Below are positions 9,951 through 20,213 of a DNA stretch of 64,000 bases, piece by piece (the first letter of the stretch is position 1; each line of letters begins with the position of its first letter). This stretch comes from Camelus dromedarius. Taxonomy: Eukaryota. The position numbers and the translations under genes were made by a program. Location of the stretch: positions 34,908,001-34,972,000 of the forward strand of contig NC_087437.1 of assembly GCF_036321535.1 (NCBI RefSeq). The letters run 5' to 3'. Below the pieces are notes generated by a model. That model did no database searches. It was not told where the DNA came from and saw nothing but the letters and a program-made list of their open reading frames with translations.

Positions 9951-12900
9951 CTCCCTAGGCTATAGGGAAATACTGACAAGAGAAACCAAAAGAGTGCACC
10001 TTAAACCTCTCTGCCTCAGTGGCTGTAATAACAGGGTGTGCTTGATTATATTCCTGGTGTCAGTACCCCCGGCCACCTTGTGGCCTCCACAGAGGAAAGC
10101 CTGGCCCAAGCTAGCCCTTGGAGGCTTGGGAAACTGACCTCATGCCCGCCGATACCGTGGGTGCACGCTATGAGCTGTTCCACGCCTGTCTCAGACAAAA
10201 CCTTACGACTCTCCTGGTTTCCATTTTACAATAACCTCCCCCATTTCCCAGTCAGCCAGCACCGCCTGTCCCCGTTAGAGTCACAACAATTATCAAGAGA
10301 TACCGAAGTGGGAACTGGGGTATTTAGAGGACCACAGTTAGGGTCAGACTTCTGGATGGGCCCAGGCTTCCAATATTTTTGCTTCCAAATGTGTTTTTCA
10401 AAGCTAATATATGTCCTTCCCCATAAACAGCATTTGTATATCAAAATCCTAAGTTACGTGAAATAAAAGAAAGGCGGTCCCTAACATACTTACTATATTC
10501 TAATCACAACACAGGCTATAGAAACAGCATTCCTTGAGCCAAAAAGGAAAGTTTCCTGAGGTCACTCCTTTAGTGTAATCCACCAGCCCTTAGAAAAGGA
10601 ATGAGGTGTCAGACAAAACTTCTAAGTTAAAGGACTGTTCTAATCTTAGGCAAGATTATCTAAATACCTCTGCCTAGCCTCCCTCCTGAAGTGGAGACCC
10701 ACAGTGCTTCACCCCGTTCAGTTTCAGTACCTTGATAAGCTGTAACCACAGGCTAGACGACCGCTGGGGTCCCTTCTGGCAGAAATTCAGGCAGGTAAGA
10801 AGCTTGTATTTCTGAGAAGCACCAAGAAGCAATCAGATGTCCTTTATCCGTCTGATTAGGCAAAGGTCAGGTGCAGTTAAGGCAGAAAGTTCAGGAAGAT
10901 ACCACAGGTGCAAGCCAAGCATAGGGGTTAGGATAACCTTGTAGTGACCTGGAAAGAAAGCCACAGGGAACAAACAACCACTGAGTACTATGTGCCAGGT
11001 GATTTCTTAGACCTTGCTATGTATTGCTGAAAACAAGAGAGCCTGGTTCATTTGCCTGGGGGCATTTAGCCGGACTGTGAAGCCAGGTTGTCTGATCTAA
11101 AGCTCGTGTCCTTTCCATCACACGCTGGCAGAACAGCTCTTCCTTGTTTTTGTTGATGGCAGCCATGTGTTCTGTATCCTGAGGCAGCAACAGCAACACT
11201 CTGTGATGCGGGTTCAGCCAGTTTAGCTCACCTGCTGATGGTGCGGGTGAATCCCAAACAGCTTTTCTCTAGGCGCCACGGAGTGTGAAATGGGGCAGCC
11301 GGGCACATCAGTAGCATCTTCCTCTGCCTAGGGGGAGATGGGGAAGAGAGCAAAGTCTAACAGAAGTGGCCTTTTCTCCTTGTCTCCCTTCTCCCTCCCG
11401 TCTTCCCCCAGCCCATTTTATTGTAGGGCTTGAACACAGGAGGCCAATTTTTAAAAGTACTTTTCCAAATGGTTCAAGTAGGCCAGTCCCTTTCCCCATA
11501 AGTGGCAGCAATGAAATTTCTACATTCTATCCTGCTGGACTGGGTATTCCAGTATTTCAAAGAGTTCCTGCTCTCACTTTGGTTCATTGTTCCACCCCCG
11601 AGCAATTTGTGAACACCAAAAATGACTTAAAATTTTATTATTATAAGGGCTGTCCTTACACATAAATGGAGTTAGTCATCACCTACCTGATATACCTTGA
11701 AAAAGAAAAAGTTTCCTTGTTCAAATACACATCTCCTATTAGCATATGACAATCCCTGAACTGCTGCCATTGCAGATTCCTGACCTTGTGTTAGTACACC
11801 AGGTTTCTGTTAATTCAGCGTTCCTCGAACACCTAGGATCCTCAAACCAAAGTAATAGAAATCCCGATGAGGGGGTTGGGGTGGTGAGGGAAAGGGTAGG
11901 AAAATGGGAGGTTTTGGAGGCTTGGAGCATTGCTTGTGAGAAAGAGACCTGAGTAGGGTGCCTCAGGAGAGAAAAACCTTAAAGTGTTGGGTGCTGGGGG
12001 ATGTGGTTAGGGCCCTCACCCCAGCCGCACCGCCAACCCCTGGGAGGAGCGAGAGGATGAGATCCTTTGAGACAAAAATCAGGCCATCTCAGTTTTGCCT
12101 GAGCTTGCTTCTGCTTGTAACGTAAACTAAAGGCAATACAGGAAGTTCTCAAACTTGATGTCACATGTGTAGAATGTTCATGGTTGGTGTGGTACAGGGC
12201 TCCTTGGCCACAGAGGAAAGAGCTAATTCTGAGAGAAGTAAGCGTTGCTTTTAAGTCTGTAGAAAGTGGTTTTGACTGTCTTCAGAAGCAGAGTGGGCCT
12301 GTCGTAGCTCATCATTGGAAGGCAAGATACTTCTCGTTGCTGTTGATAGAGAAATATTTGCTGAAAGAATGAATAAAAAGAATAGGAGGTGCAAGATTAA
12401 ATGACACAAATGGGAGACGTACAAGGCTAAACCTTACCTCATGTCAGAATGATTGGTTTATTTCTCAAGTAAATAAAACCATGTCGTGGATAGATATTAA
12501 TGGCGATTCTTGCTAGGAACACCAGAGTTAAAGTGATTCTACAAATGGTTCCATTTTCTCAGTTCCAGGACACTCCTAACGGATGATTTTGCTGTCTTCA
12601 GGACATCCTTCAGTGTTGAACACTTTAGTCTCTTTTGTGGTGCTTTTTGATTTATGGTCTAACATACTCGGAAAGGGTCGTGGTAGTCCACCAGCTGACT
12701 TCAGCATTTCTTGGTTGTCTCTGGTTAATAGGCTGTACCTGTGATGTTCTCTTTTATTTTCTTCACCAGAAGCCACAGAAATAAAAGGGAAGTGGTATAC
12801 CAGTAAGTCTGAATCAAGCTAGGACTCAGGTTTCCTAAGAAGGAGGAAAATCAGAATCTAATCAGTCCTAAATACAGAACTACTTTTGGGACATTGTCAA

Positions 12901-13104
12901 TTATCTGAGTCAGTGGTGGTGTATAGAGATCTCCCTGACCATCCTCTTCATATGATATACTTCCTGACTTGACGTGTCTTTATTGCTAACTTGTTCACCT
13001 GTGGGGGATGGCTGATTGTGAGTGCACGTATGGAATAGTAATACAGGGACCAACTGGACACTAAAGATTTATATTTAAGTACAGAAGATCAGGCCCTTGT
13101 GAAG

Positions 13105-13338
13105 TTAATAGTGTGAACCTTCCATCCAGGGTGCCTGAGTTCAAGTCCCATCTTTTCCCTAGGTGACCATGGGCAAGTTACTTAACCTCTTTGTGTCTTA
13201 GTTCCTCCATTTGTAAGGTGGGGATAATGAGAGTATCATTAATAGAGGTGCTGTGAGGACTATGTGAATTAATACATTTAAACCACTTAGAACAATGCTT
13301 GATACTGAGTAAGCACTCAATAAATGAGCTATTACTAT
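13105..13338 (+). mobile_element. MIR SINE
   Basis: gagttcaagtccc..gtgaccatgggcaagttacttaacctct..ttcctccatttgtaag..taagcactcaataaatg. Confidence 0.85.
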
Positions 13339-14690
13339 CTTCCAGTAAATGGTGACTTTTACAGAGATAGTCATAGAGTTTGGTTGAGCTAAGCCAGGTG
13401 CTAGTTAAGTATCGCAGAGCTTGGAGGAGTTTGTGATGCTGAGTATGCATTTCGTCATGTTTATCCTTTTTTTTTTTCTTTTTTTTCATGTTACCTTCCG
13501 TCTCTTTGCCTAGTCATTATCAACTGTGGTCATCAGTCAGGGCATTCCACGTGCATTTAATTCTGCTTTCAGAGCAGAGATCCATGATTTTAAGACTAAA
13601 AAGAAATGTGACAAGCCCATTTTTCCTGCCGAGAATGTAAGTGACTTTCTTGTGTCCATTCCTTCAGCGAGAGGCTAAGTCACACCACCTCACGTAAATT
13701 TACAACAGAGGGCTGGTGTAGGTTGTATATGACTGTAAATATGGTTGAGAGTTTTATTTTTCTTTTAAAAAGCAAAATTGATTCCATCCCAATACCTTTT
13801 TACTCTTTATTATAAGCACATCTTCTTGGTGTGTGTTATAATCCAGTCTCTCCTCCTCAGTAATTAGCCTGAAAATCATGTTAAAGTCTTCCATTTTCTT
13901 CAGAATTGCCTTTCACCAATTAAAAGACAGCCCTGAGGACTCTCCTGGAAAAGTGATCCAGCGCTCTGCCCTCTTAGAAAGCAGGGTGACTGAGTGAGGA
14001 AGCAGCAAGGAGGGGGCATGGGTTTTTTTCATCTGAAGCTATTTTAGCATTGAAACTTCCAAGGTTCGGTTTCTCTTGGAATTTTATGAGGCTCGTACCT
14101 CACATTTTAAATAATAATATATAACTTCTACCATTTGGTAAATTCAAGTAGAAAGCGCTGAACAAAACTGCTTCCCATCTGCTGAGCAAAATGGAGCCTG
14201 AATTCAATAAACTTCTCCAATATAAATGCTAAAATCTGATTTCCGCAAGCCTTTGGATCTTTAAAAGTTGACTTCCAGAAAGCTGGTTCTGGATCCCCAG
14301 CAACATACACTCCCTTTGGAAACTGAGTATAAATCTACCAGGTTTGGGTCTAAGGTGAGTTGTTCCATTTGTGTTCCCTTTCTCAGGCAGCAGGAATTTG
14401 CCAGAGTTCATGATCATGCTTTGAAAATTGATGGCTGGCCAGTTGCTTGGGGCTTAATAAAATACATCCTATGCCTGGATAACCTTTACTTTCTTCTTTA
14501 CATTAAGTTATTTCTTTTAAGGAGTGACAGTTCAGCATTTTTTATTCAAAATTTTGAAGTAAAATGCTCAGTTTTAGAATTGTTTCTGAATCACAGCTTC
14601 AGAGATTTAATTAGTAAGTAGTGCTCAGATGCTCCTTTTTCAGAACTCCTCAGCTGAGTGTCATTCAGCCATCGTACCAAGGGACTGACA

Positions 14691-14746
14691 TGACGTGTGT
14701 TCTTAATTTAAGTTCTTCAGGGCTGGGAATTTCCCATTCCACGTCA
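14691..14746. promoter_or_regulatory. kB site flanked by inverted TGACGTG (CRE/UPRE-type) motifs
   Basis: TGACGTG 14691-14697, TGGGAATTTCCCA 14724-14736, and CCACGTCA 14739-14746 (TGACGTGG on the minus strand). Confidence 0.4.
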
Positions 14747-15299
14747 GTTTAAATTGGCAACTGAGCAAGAGGAATACATTCCCTAACTCTCCATAAGGTT
14801 AAACATGTGAACTGAAAATAGAGCAAGAGAAAATTAAGTACAGTAATTTACTATCTACAGTGCTGAAATTGAGCACTATAGCATATGGTGAAAGTCTCTA
14901 CTATTAATTAAGCAATCAGAAAATTCCATATGGATGATTTGTGAACATTCTAAAGTCAGGTTGGGAATTTGCTTCTCTATGTTTTTTTCCTAAGCATGAT
15001 TTTCTTAAATAGCTCCTGGGTCTATATAATCATATCTACAACTCAGTGATGTTTGAGAGTTTTGACATTTCTTAATGTCACTAATTTCCATATTGAGATT
15101 TGACATATCTGGACGCATGTTAAATCAGATGTCCTAGGCATCATCATATTAAAAGGATATTTCAAAAATCTTTCTCAAGTATAGAAGAGAGAAAAAAAAA
15201 CCTTTAATTCATTTATTTATTCAACTCCCCGCACCCCATGCACTCACAAGCATAGAGCATCCACGCACACCCAGTCCAAGCTCCCTCCCCAGCAACTTT

Positions 15300-15549
15300 G
15301 GCTAATTCCAATTGATCAGGCAAAACTCAGCTCAAATATCTGCTCCTCATGATTGTAGATGGGTTTCGGTGGCTTGCCTCTCTCAACTTCAACCATAATA
15401 GAATCATTTTTCTGTCTTCTTCCCTCTGACACCCCCATTAAACTGTGACTTCACTTAGGGACTGCATCTTTTTTTTTCCTGAGCCCCTGGCTCGCATCAG
15501 AATGCCTTAGCAGAAAGTGCTTGTTAAAAGCCTGCTAAATGAATGAATA
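15300..15549 (+). mobile_element. L2 3' end fragment
   Basis: aaactcagctcaaatatc..aaactgtgact..agggactgcatc..tgctaaatgaatgaat tail. Confidence 0.6.
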
Positions 15550-17084
15550 ATTTTAGCCTGCAGGCTGGCTAGCAGAGGGGTTCAGAGGCTAGGTAAGCAT
15601 CATTTATAAACTTATCCAGAATCTTGTTGCAGCCAGAGTGGCAGAAACCCAGCAAGTCAAGACAGTGCCCCCCTGGGGTTCAGAACTCCTTCAGGGGCTG
15701 TTTGAGGCCAGACCAACTCAGGAGCCCCATGCTGAGATGCCCTCCCACCCCCAGGTCCCTGTTGCCTGGCCGCTTTGTGCTGTCTGTAAGCCACAGCCAA
15801 CCCTGTGTGAGTGAGGCTCCTACAAACTTTTTGCTTATTCAGGAACTCGCAGAAGTAAGATAGGTAGAGAGAAACATTCCACCTGGAGGAGCCCTAAACA
15901 AAATTCGGTTACATGAATCACGCTTAATGTTTAAACCCTTGCTATCTATTCAAGTCAGAGGTTGACTTCATTACATTTGCCTGGAAATCAGAGTGGGCAC
16001 AAGTGAAAAAAAATATCTTCACAAGACTGTTCAACGTTGGGTGGGCCCAAAAGGGCAGTGGAGCTGTGAGAAGCTTCAACCAGAGGGAGGACTTTCCAGC
16101 GATCCCGAGAGTAGTGTTGAGGTAAATGGAGGTTATGCCCCTTGAAGTGTTCTTATTTTTTGGTTCAAGAGATGCCTCCCGCAGTACACACGTTAAACAG
16201 CTTGGAGGTCAAGAGGGGACCTACTTAGAACCCGGTGTTCTCTAGTTAATGATAGAATCTTGTTCCTAACCGACCTGGCCAGCTCCTTTATGTTCTGATA
16301 GCTGATGCCTTAAGGGTCCATTTAAACCCTTCGACATCTGACTGCTGAGGAAGCCTTCCTTTGAACACTCGAAAAACATGAGCCTTTAGGTTTTATTCAA
16401 CAGAGGCTCAAGCTAGCATCCTGGAATATACCCCAGTTCTGGGGAGGTGCCTGGAGTCCTAGACTGAGCAGCTGAAATGCAGCTTAAGGTCTGGTTTCAT
16501 TGCAAACCAGCCACCAATCATAGTCTCTGAGCCTGTTGCCTTATTTGATAAATGAAAATTAATGACATCATTCAGGGTCATTGGAAGAAGTATTTGATAT
16601 TACCTCGAAAACTCAGAAAACCATCCAACCCTCTCTCTGATGCACTGGAAACAGTACATCCTTAAATACCCCAGGGCCGCCTTCCTTCAAAGCAGCTTAG
16701 CCTCAGGGACTCGGGAGAGGGTGTATGTTCGATGGTGTTTCCAAACTGAGAAGCTCTGCTTCCTCACTCCTTGGGCTTTTCACTGTATTGTTTCTAGCCT
16801 CCAAGAAAATCACATACTTATCTTCCAGTTCAGCCATGAATTTAAAAAAAATTTTTTTTTTGTATTTGATACATCACTTGTATACTGTACCTATACACCC
16901 TATACTATATGTACCAGAAAGATTTCTTTGAATATCTGGTTTGTATGTTGCCCTGTACTGCTCTTCAGTGGAAGCAAATATAAACTTTAAAGAATCCTTA
17001 AATAAAGCTATTTGCTGGCAAAACTGACTGCTTCCTTGCCACCCTCCTGATGACATTTTCTTAGAGAAAAAATTTTAAAGCCTG

Positions 17085-17325
17085 ATTGATGGTGTCAGAC
17101 CTGGGTTCAAATTCCAGCTCTTCTACTCAGAAGCTGTGAGACCTTGGTGAGCCTCTTGTTCCTTATCTGTAGAATGGAGGGATGACGATGATGATAATCA
17201 TAATAATAATAGCAACATTATTATACAACAAATAAACTTGCAGGATTTTTGTAAAACTAAACGAGATCAAGCATGTGTGAGCAGCAGGTAGAGTGCCTGG
17301 TCCACTGTTGCTTCTTTAGTGAATG
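17085..17325 (+). mobile_element. MIR SINE with internal (GAT/AAT)n expansion
   Basis: gtcagacctgggttcaaattccagctct..ctgtgagaccttgg..ttccttatctgtagaatgg. Confidence 0.8.
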
Positions 17326-17999
17326 ACATTTCCCTTTGTGACTTGGGATTCTGGCATCCTGAGGCTCCTCTTCCTTTGTCCCTGCCCCCCACCTCCCATA
17401 AGCCTCACTTCCTGTAATGTGGCACCCACTCAGCCATGGCCCAAAGCAAAAATAGACTCACCACCTGCTGCCTAGGGGACTGGCTTTCCCTGGTCAAGGC
17501 TTCCGGTGCAGGAAGTGTGTCATAATCAGCCTGTGCCTGCTGCCCTCTGCCCTCTGTGGTCATCCCTTGTCCCTTTCTGGGCAGCAGCATCTAATCATGT
17601 CACATGGTAGTGTCACACAAGTGTGGTGTCACAAACCTGGCGCTTTCTGGGCCCTACCCATGATGAGTCTGGGGCCAGCAGTCCCTCTGACACTGTTCCT
17701 TCTTTCCCTGGAATTACATTGGCCAAAATGGAAACAGGGGAGGCATAGCCTCAGTCTTGTTACTAAAATGGCAGCTTAGTTCAGTGAGGAAAATCAAAGA
17801 GCTCGACAAAAAAATCCAGACAAGTCATCGCAGACTGTGGCAGAAGACCCTCAGTACAGTAGGAAGGCTGAAAATGACTAACCTCAAGGAACACCAAAGT
17901 AAAAAGCACTGAATTTGGTTAAAGTGAAATAACTTCTGTAAATGAGTCCCACTGAATGTAGAAAATTTAGAAAAATCTTTTTAAAAAATTTTAAATCAA

Positions 18000-18420
18000 C
18001 ATGTAATAACTTATCTCTTTTTGTTTCATTCTAATATTCTTCTGCATATATTTATACTATATGTATTTATTGAAGTAAATGAAATTAGAATAATATTTTA
18101 TATACAGTTTTTCAAGTAAAATGCTAATGTAATATATTGTAAAGAAACTTTAAGTACAGTTTTATTTTTCACTTATGAGCACTTTCCCACAATAGATTCT
18201 TCAGAAACACTGTATTTAATGTCCATATAGTACTTCATTATTTGAATATTTCATGATACATGTACATCTACTCATTTTGGTTATTTCTGTTGTTTTATTG
18301 TTAATTAATTATATGAGGTCAGTCCATATATATGAAGCCTGTGCACATCTCTGATTATTTCCTTAGGGTAAAATTCAAGAATTGGCATTATTGAGTCAAG
18401 GTGTATAAACAAATATATTT
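18000..18420 (-). mobile_element. Ancient L1 (L1ME-like) 3' fragment
   Basis: tgattatttccttagggtaaaattcaagaattggcattattgagtcaagg is an antisense L1 ORF2-end motif. Confidence 0.6.
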
Positions 18421-18544
18421 TTCTGTTCTTCATTTTCAAGTGAATATAAAGAAATCCCTTGTAGCGAGCTATTCTTTTCATTCATTTTTATCCTGTAGAT
18501 TCTTTCTTTACCTCCTCCTCTGTGCCAAAAAAACCCTATTAGGC

Positions 18545-18805
18545 TATGCAAATTCCTTATCCTGTTACGTCTTCAAGAGAGAGTTAAGGTCTCACTTCTT
18601 CCCAGTTATCCTCTCTGCTGTCACCGCAATCCTCATACCCAGGCTCTTATGACACTGCCATAGCGTTTACTATGCTGGATTCTAAGGGTCTGGTTCCATC
18701 TTGCCATTAGGCAGGAAGTGCCTGGGATTAAGAACTATATCTTGTTCATCTTTATTGTTCCAGTACTAAACCTAGTTATTTGCACAAGTAGACACTGAAT
18801 AAGGG
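18545..18805 (+). mobile_element. L2 3' end fragment
   Basis: aattccttatcc..cttcaag..tatcttgttcatcttt..ccagtacta..gcacaagtagacactgaataa. Confidence 0.55.
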
Positions 18806-19226
18806 AACAAAAAACATAAAACTAGTCAACACACATGTGCATGCACACACACACATATCCAATCTTATATTATTAGGTGCAGGAGATAGAGGTGGGAGAG
18901 AGAAAGAGGGTCATTTTCATGAAGTAACATGGTTGTATTTTCTCACTTGTAGATGTATAGATAGGATATCACTTTTTGCTGTGTCCAGATGGGCCAGATG
19001 GAATTAAAGTCAGGATTTTATCAGATCTTTGAGGCAGCAGCCTTCCTGGAGACACAGCTTTAGAGTCAGTTTTGAAAGCAAGCTGAAGAATTAATAATTA
19101 TTGGATCACATCGGCCCATGATTAGATTTGGCTTTATTTATCCTAAATGAACATAATTGTGCAACTTTTATTTTATCCCTTTAAATGGGGATATAAGTGA
19201 TTGTGTTCTGTTTGGACGGAAAAGAT

Positions 19227-19799
19227 TAAAACAGGAGAGAAGAGGGCAGGGCCCAACCATTGAAAGAATGACACAGCAATTGAGGATACAACATAAACTG
19301 GTTAGAACCAACTAGGCCCAAGATGGCAGGAGATTCAACTCCCAGTAGACCTTGAGCTTCAACATACACTTATTGTAAAATATTAGTATGCTAAATGGCA
19401 CCCACAGGCACCATGACAGTTCCAAGCCCATAAAAACTAACCACCCCCACACCTCATGACTGATCTCACTTTCCTAGACAACCCCATGTTCTGAGGCTGT
19501 CACCTCTCACCTCTTGCCTCTCGAGATGGCCCAAATTCTGCTTATGGATTGTGTATCTACTTTTACTTTAAACTAAACACCCCCAATCCCTCATGGCCTC
19601 ACTGACCTTCTGAGATGGCCTACACTCTGTCTATAGAGTGTGTATCTTTCTGAATAAGTCTACCTTCACTCAACTGCGGCTCGCTCTTGAATTCTTTCCT
19701 GCACAAAGCCAAAGACCCTCCCTTGGCTTAGCGCCTCCCAGGGACTGGCCTGAGACCTGGGACATGGCCAACTTCTCGTGCCCCATTTTTCCTGTATCA
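19227..19799 (+). mobile_element. ERV1-class solo LTR, MER41-like
   Basis: 4-bp TSD AGAT at 19223-19226 and 19800-19803. Terminal inverted repeat taaaacagga / tcctgtatca. MER41-like blocks ccaagatggc, attagtatgctaaa..gcaccatgacagtt and ctcttgaattctttcctg..ccaaagaccct. Confidence 0.8.
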
Positions 19800-20178
19800 A
19801 GATCATCTGAAAATAATTTATGTGTAACTGCCAAGCCTGCCAATGGCATGCTTCACAAGGACAAATTGGGCTTTGGAGACTCTTTCCATCCAGCTGGAAT
19901 TCTTCAGTAACAGATATACGTTAACTAACTCAATGGCCAGGGAAGTCTTATTTGGTTAGCAAACATTGTTGGTCCTGGCTGTAGCATTATAAAAATTAAA
20001 TTTCATACTCTCTAGGCCAGGGTAAAATTTAAGGCATGTAATGTGCAATAGACAGGCAGGCGTGCACACGCACACACATACACACACAGCAAAGCTACAA
20101 AATAAACATGTTGAAATATAACTTAATTTGTCTCAATAGAACTGAAGTTAGCAGATTTTGAGTCCATATTGGATCTGT

Positions 20179-20213
20179 TACTAAAATCTTGCTGTATTTG
20201 TTTCCAGGTATGT
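20179..20213 (+). promoter_or_regulatory. Fused 3'/5' splice-site motif (candidate recursive splice site 2)
   Basis: TACTAAA 20179-20185 (one base off TACTAAC), 15/19 pyrimidines over 20187-20205, AG 20206-20207, then GTATGT 20208-20213. Confidence 0.4.

Noticed and set aside
10722..10800. Cryptic exon ending at the strong donor CAG|GTAAGA (10795); also isolated donors near 14355 and 15593
   Set aside because: Acceptors are mediocre, and isolated consensus donors are expected in 30 kb of intron.
13455..13497. T tract with degenerate flanking repeat tcatgtt (similarly tacaag around T11 at 41076-41101)
   Set aside because: Repeats are too short or degenerate to call a target-site duplication.
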